The notes under the pieces are model-generated. The model was given only the letters and a program-made list of their open reading frames with translations. It was not told the DNA's origin and made no database searches. The position numbers were made by a program, and so were the translations under genes. A stretch of 20,000 nucleotides of DNA from the sequence record SRR31156797_7944. One strand, 5' to 3'. This document shows, one piece after another, positions 16,119-20,000 of the stretch (positions are counted from its first letter, which is position 1; each line of letters starts with the position of its first letter).

Positions 16119-17531
16119 TCAGCCCTTGGGGGTGAAACCGGCGAAGAGCTCTTCGTCCGAGGGCTGGCGGCTGGGGATCTCGCGGATGACCCAGGTATTG
16201 TTCATATAGTGTTTCAGTTCGATATTCTCGGAGGCGATATTGCCGCCCCATGTTCCGCATCCCAGGGAGCTGGTAAAGGGCATACCGCTCGTCCAGCTTC
16301 CCGTGTTGGTAGCGCCCTGGGCCTGATTGACCACGACCCTGGTGGTATAGGTTCCCAGGGCGTACTTGTCGACGTTTCCGGGGGTTCCGGAGTAGATGCC
16401 GATGGAATGGCCGGCGCCGGAGTAGGCGTGGTTCTCGTTGGCGATGCGGATGACCTCATCGATGCCATCGCTCTTGTAAACGGTGGATACGAGGCTCATC
16501 TTCTCGCCGGCGAAGGGCGTGGCCTCCCCGGTCTTGTCCTCTTCCACCAGAAGGAAGCTGGTTCCCTCGGGGATCTTTATCCCGGCTATCCTCGCGATGT
16601 TCTCCACAGGAGAGGCGACGATGTCACGGTTGAGAACATGGTCAGCGGGCCAGTTGGGCCAGATCGCCTTCTGCACCCTTGCCTTCTCATCGGCATCCAG
16701 CATATGGGCGCCCACCTTCGCCAGTTCGGCCAGGGCGTCGCCGTAGACGCCCTTGTCTATGATGATGCTGTTATCGCAGGAACAGCCCGCGGCGGTGTCG
16801 AAGGTCTTGCTGGCCTTGATCTTGACGGCCGCGTCTGCCAGATCGGCGGTCTTGTCGATGTGGATCATCGAATTGCCCGCTCCCACGCCGTAGGCGGGGG
16901 TTCCGGAGCTGTAGGCGGCCTTGACCATGGGAGATCCTCCGGTGGCCATCACCAGATCGCACTGGGCCATGAGTTCGTTGGTCAGGGGGATGGAAGGCTC
17001 CTCAATGGGGATGAACAGATCCTCGGGGGCCCCGTACTTCCTCATAACGTCCCGGATCAGGTTGACCGTCTTCGCACAGGTGTTCTTGCCACGGGGATGG
17101 GGGGAATAGATGATGGCGTCCCGGGCCTTTACGGCGAAGATGGCCTGGATAAGGGGATGCATCTCGGACTGGGTGCTGGGCACCAGAGAGCCGATGACGC
17201 CGACGGGCTTCGATATGCGAACCAGCCCTCTCTCGGGTATCTCCTCGCAGATCCCCACGGTCTTCACGTCCTTCACATCAAAGAGTACGCCCCGGCACTT
17301 GGCGGCGACCTTTATAAACTTGGAGGGAACGTCTCCCAGACGGCATTCATCGTAGGAGAACTCCGCCAGTTCCTGTACCAGCTCGTCATTGGCGACGATC
17401 TCCCAGACAATGGCGTAGGCCAGCTCGTCCACCCTCTCCTGGCTGAAGCCCTCCGCTATCTTCTGAGCCCTGCGAGCCCTGCCCATCAATTCGGTAATAT
17501 ATGCTGCTGCCTTCTGCGGATCTTTCATCAT
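16119..17531 (-). CDS. CoA-acylating aldehyde dehydrogenase (AdhE-N/SucD/SauS-like)
   Basis: SQERVDEL, KPVGVIGSLVPST, SPHPRG, ATGGSPMVKAAYSSGTPAYGVGAGN, SKTFDTAAGCSCDN (catalytic Cys), FAGEKMS, GAGHS, LGCGTWGGN. Three tandem ATGs; GGAGG spacing favours 17531 or 17528. Confidence 0.92.
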   Translation of the reverse strand: MMKDPQKAAAYITELMGRARRAQKIAEGFSQERVDELAYAIVWEIVANDELVQELAEFSYDECRLGDVPSKFIKVAAKCRGVLFDVKDVKTVGICEEIPERGLVRISKPVGVIGSLVPSTQSEMHPLIQAIFAVKARDAIIYSPHPRGKNTCAKTVNLIRDVMRKYGAPEDLFIPIEEPSIPLTNELMAQCDLVMATGGSPMVKAAYSSGTPAYGVGAGNSMIHIDKTADLADAAVKIKASKTFDTAAGCSCDNSIIIDKGVYGDALAELAKVGAHMLDADEKARVQKAIWPNWPADHVLNRDIVASPVENIARIAGIKIPEGTSFLLVEEDKTGEATPFAGEKMSLVSTVYKSDGIDEVIRIANENHAYSGAGHSIGIYSGTPGNVDKYALGTYTTRVVVNQAQGATNTGSWTSGMPFTSSLGCGTWGGNIASENIELKHYMNNTWVIREIPSRQPSDEELFAGFTPKG

Positions 17532-17550
17532 CATGTCCTCCGGAACTTAT

Positions 17551-17568
17551 AAAGCATACGTTTGCTTT
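17551..17568. promoter_or_regulatory. near-perfect 18-bp palindrome, LacI-type operator matching the iol operators
   Basis: AAAGCATACGTTTGCTTT has one mismatched pair with its reverse complement and lies between the predicted promoter and the RBS of the ALDH gene. Confidence 0.7.
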
Positions 17569-17581
17569 TCGATAGAAACAT

Positions 17582-17656
17582 ACTATACCCTTTCTATCGC
17601 AACTGTAAAGTTTCGTTTGGGTTTCGTTTGAAATTTATTTTATTCTGATCTAAGAT
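17582..17656. promoter_or_regulatory. back-to-back promoters of the ALDH operon and the DeoR gene
   Basis: Minus strand: TTTACA (17609-17604), 16 bp, TATAGT (17587-17582). Plus strand: TTGAAA (17628-17633), 17 bp, TAAGAT (17651-17656). Confidence 0.55.
17610..17630 (+). repeat. direct repeat GTTTCGTTTG x2 with 11-bp period; candidate DeoR site
   Basis: Exact 10-mers at 17610-17619 and 17621-17630, between the two -35 elements. Confidence 0.6.
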
Positions 17657-17696
17657 AAGCATGCCTATAGCAAAATTGATAACGAAAGGAAAAAAG

Positions 17697-18461
17697 ATGT
17701 CCGACAGTCCTATTGAGATAACAAGGAAACTCCTGATTCAGAACGGCAAGGTGTATGTCAACGACCTGAGCCGCCGTTTCGGCGTCAGCAAGGTTTCGGC
17801 AAGGAAGTATCTGGCCAGACTGGAGGACGAAGGGATAGCCCAGAGGTTCTACGGAGGGGCGTCCCTGCTGAAGAAGGAGAAGCCCGATCAGGGGGACGGC
17901 GGTTTCTATTCGGATCCCCTCCTCCTGTCCCTGGCGCGGACGGCCCGCGGGCAGATCGAGGACGGGGACTCCCTCTTCATCGGCTCGGGAAGGAGCTGCT
18001 GCGTTCTGGCCAGGGAGCTGAAGGGCATCAAAAACCTGACGGTGGTCACAAACAACATAACGGCCCTGACCGATCTGAACAGAAACGCCACCCGGGTCTT
18101 CCTGATCGGCGGCGAGCTGACGACCACGGACAACAGCACCCTCTTCTCAAGCTGGGAGTCACACCAGCTTATGCCGGAGAACATCTTCGTCAACAAGGCC
18201 TTCACAAGCACATCCGGACTGGACCTGAAGGCGGGGATCACCGTGGACTCGATCATCAGCACCTATATCTTCAAGCACATCCCTGAGATGGCCCAGCAGT
18301 GGTATCTGATGGCCGATTCGGGCAAGTACGACAAGATTTCCATCTATTCGGTCGCAGATTTCGACAGCATTGACGTCCTGATCTCCGACCAGGTCCCTCA
18401 GAATTACAGGGAACACTGCCGCAAGCATGAGGTCAGGATCATCTCCCCCTCCCGGCTCTGA
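17697..18461 (+). CDS. DeoR/GlpR-family transcriptional regulator
   Basis: HTH VNDLSRRFGVSKVSARKYLARLEDEGIAQRFYGGA; sensor domain IEDGDSLFIGSGRS, TVVTNN, LIGGEL, MADSGKY. Start ATG 17697 with AAAGGA upstream. Confidence 0.92.
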   Translation: MSDSPIEITRKLLIQNGKVYVNDLSRRFGVSKVSARKYLARLEDEGIAQRFYGGASLLKKEKPDQGDGGFYSDPLLLSLARTARGQIEDGDSLFIGSGRSCCVLARELKGIKNLTVVTNNITALTDLNRNATRVFLIGGELTTTDNSTLFSSWESHQLMPENIFVNKAFTSTSGLDLKAGITVDSIISTYIFKHIPEMAQQWYLMADSGKYDKISIYSVADFDSIDVLISDQVPQNYREHCRKHEVRIISPSRL

Positions 18462-18468
18462 GCCGCCG

Positions 18469-18548
18469 GGGCTCCCGTGCGGAGCCCTTCGGAGCGCAGA
18501 AAAGCCGGATGACGGGCCTCCGGAGGGAAACGCTCCCGGCGGAGGCCC
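18469..18548. terminator. two GC-rich hairpins between the convergent DeoR and SDR genes
   Basis: GGGCTCC-cgtgc-GGAGCCC (18469-18487) and GGGCCTCCG...CGGAGGCCC (18514-18548). Confidence 0.5.
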
Positions 18549-18559
18549 CAGCCGCTTCG

Positions 18560-19309
18560 CTAGAGGAAGTCCTGTCCCCCGTTGACCTGTATGATCTCGC
18601 CCGTCAGGAAGGACGCTTCATCGCTCACCAGAAATCGTATCACCTTGGCGACCTCTTCGGGCCGGCCCAGCCTCTTCATCAGGATATTGTCCTTCCAGGA
18701 GGCGAAGACCTCGGGCCTGGTCTTTCTGATGCCGTCGTGAAAGGGGGTGTCGATGGTACCCGGAGACACCCCGTTAACCCTGATGCCGTACTCGGCCAGA
18801 TCCTTGGCCAGGGCCCGGGTCAGGGTGGTGACGGCGGCCTTGGAGCTTCCGTAGATACCGGCGCCCGGACCTCCGGCGTTCCAGGCGGCGTTGGAGCTGT
18901 AGGTGATGATGGAGGGGTCATCCGACTTCTTCAGAAGGGGGATGGCCGACCGCGAGTGAAAGAAGACGCTGTCCAGGTTCAGGGCCATCACCTTTCTGTA
19001 GAAGGAGGTCTCCATATCCTCGAAGCGGCTCCTTCCGCCAAGGCCTCCGGCGTTGTTCACCAGAACGTCCAGCTTTTCGTATCGGACGCTGATCTTCTCG
19101 AAGGCGGCCAGAACGGCCTCTTCGTCGCATACATCATAGACATAAAGCTCCGCCTTGATGCCCATGCCCTCCAGCTCGGCCAACGCGTCTTCTCCCTGGG
19201 CCCGGTCGATTCCGTTCAGGATAATATCATATCCCCCTTCTCCCAGGGTTCTGGCCACGGCTCTGCCGATGCCGCCGGTGCCTCCGGTGATCATTGCGTA
19301 TCTACTCAT
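18560..19309 (-). CDS. SDR oxidoreductase resembling 4-deoxy-L-erythro-5-hexoseulose uronate (DEH) reductases
   Basis: TGGTGGIG, NNAGGLGGR, GGPGAGIYGSSK (YxxxK), VSPGTIDTPFH, TGEIIQVNGGQ, which match motifs I recall from Sphingomonas A1-R-type DEH reductases; directly downstream of kdgF. Confidence 0.8.
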   Translation of the reverse strand: MSRYAMITGGTGGIGRAVARTLGEGGYDIILNGIDRAQGEDALAELEGMGIKAELYVYDVCDEEAVLAAFEKISVRYEKLDVLVNNAGGLGGRSRFEDMETSFYRKVMALNLDSVFFHSRSAIPLLKKSDDPSIITYSSNAAWNAGGPGAGIYGSSKAAVTTLTRALAKDLAEYGIRVNGVSPGTIDTPFHDGIRKTRPEVFASWKDNILMKRLGRPEEVAKVIRFLVSDEASFLTGEIIQVNGGQDFL

Positions 19310-19333
19310 AATCGTTCTCCCTCAATTTCATAT

Positions 19334-19675
19334 TCACTCGGTTTTCAGAAAATCTTCCCTGCAGGGTGTGAAAATATCCAGCAGAACGCCGGCCTTCAGG
19401 CAGACGGCGCCATGCTCGATACCGGGCTGTTTGAATGTGGAGTCCCCCGCCCTCAGGATCTGTTTCTCTCCCCCGATGGAAAACTCGAACTCCCCCGAGA
19501 GGATGTAGGTGATCTGCTCATGGGGGTGGCTGTGGAGGGCTCCCACGGCCCCCTCTTCGAAGTGCACTTCCACGCACATCAGGTTGTCATGACAGGCGTT
19601 GATCTTTCGCTTCACACCGCCGCCGAGATCCTCGAGCTCAATCTCGTTTCCGGGGAAAAAATTCTTCAGTTCCAT
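19334..19675 (-). CDS. kdgF: KdgF-type cupin (linearisation of unsaturated uronates)
   Basis: 113 aa: LGGGVKRKI, LMCVEVHFEEGAVGALHSHPHEQITYILSGEFEF, EHGAVCLKAGVLLDIFTPCREDFL. ATG 19675 lies 8 nt after AAAGGAG. Confidence 0.85.
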   Translation of the reverse strand: MELKNFFPGNEIELEDLGGGVKRKINACHDNLMCVEVHFEEGAVGALHSHPHEQITYILSGEFEFSIGGEKQILRAGDSTFKQPGIEHGAVCLKAGVLLDIFTPCREDFLKTE

Positions 19676-19728
19676 TGTCATTACTCCTTTATGCTTACTC
19701 ATCAGATCTGGGTGACCACGCTTATTCA

Positions 19729-19743
19729 TTTCATATTGTGAAA
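19729..19743. promoter_or_regulatory. IclR-type operator 1 in the kdgF leader
   Basis: TTTCAtattgTGAAA palindrome downstream of minus-strand TTGACA (19793-19788), 18 bp, TAAGAT (19769-19764). Confidence 0.65.
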
Positions 19744-19841
19744 CACAATTTCTTAATAAGACAATCTTATCCAGAATTGACCGGAGCTGTCAAGGAATAT
19801 CAGGGCATTTCCAAGTGATTATTTCTTGACTGCAACCGTTG

Positions 19842-19856
19842 TTTCGTATTATGAAA
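19842..19856. promoter_or_regulatory. IclR-type operator 2 just upstream of the regulator start
   Basis: TTTCGtattaTGAAA, a near copy of operator 1, ending 6 nt before the ATG. Confidence 0.6.
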
Positions 19857-19862
19857 TAAAAT

Positions 19863-20000
19863 ATGAGCGACGCAAAAGAGAAACTGAATACCATAGGCAA
19901 GGCCATAGCCGTTATCGAGACCATACAGAGGGCGAACCGTCCCATGAGCATCAAGGAGATCGCGGAGCGGCTGGGTATGAACAAATCGTCCCTCCACCAT
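19863..20000 (+). CDS. IclR-family (KdgR-like) transcriptional regulator, 5' part only
   Basis: Not in the ORF track; translated by hand: MSDAKEKLNTIGKAIAVIETIQRANRPMSIKEIAERLGMNKSSLHH, an IclR N-terminal HTH; divergent from kdgF. Confidence 0.85.
   Translation, partial: MSDAKEKLNTIGKAIAVIETIQRANRPMSIKEIAERLGMNKSSLHH

Noticed and set aside
11901-17531. Assignment as the sulfoquinovose sulfo-transketolase pathway
   Set aside because: No sulfoquinovosidase, SQ isomerase, SqwI-type isomerase, SqwKL ligase or sulfonate exporter is in the window, and an HMG-CoA-lyase homolog has no role in that pathway. Not fully excluded.
16119-17531. Bacterial microcompartment locus suggested by the acylating ALDH
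   Set aside because: No BMC shell genes and no obvious encapsulation-peptide extension.
17610-17630. Direct repeat as a CRISPR or VNTR remnant
   Set aside because: Only two 10-bp units with a 1-nt gap and no cas genes; better explained as a regulator site.

Overview
Carbohydrate-catabolism region of a GC-rich bacterium. The 'VFAEG' non-Cys signal peptide of the binding protein suggests a free-living spirochaete, which is inference only. Three modules are present. (1) 1-11839: a myo-inositol (iol) cluster on the minus strand (sugar ABC transporter, a cytidylate-kinase-like gene, iolB-iolC-iolJ-iolD-iolG), with a separately promoted IolE-like dehydratase and a divergent LacI regulator. (2) 11901-18461: a five-gene minus-strand operon that I do not recognise as a described pathway (acylating aldehyde dehydrogenase, Cat1/AarC-type CoA-transferase, HMG-CoA-lyase-family enzyme, split transketolase) with a divergent DeoR regulator. 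(3) 18560-20000: a kdgF cupin plus a DEH-reductase-like SDR, divergent from an IclR/KdgR-type regulator, pointing to unsaturated uronate (alginate or pectin) metabolism. The main finding is module 2. Its leader carries the same GCAAACGTTTGC-type palindrome found at both iol promoters, so it may be an undescribed branch of the inositol regulon. Its CoA-transferase appears to lack the catalytic glutamate, and its transketolase and aldehyde dehydrogenase also have altered active-site residues. No RNA genes, mobile elements or CRISPR arrays were seen. Comparisons with reference proteins are from memory, not from run alignments.
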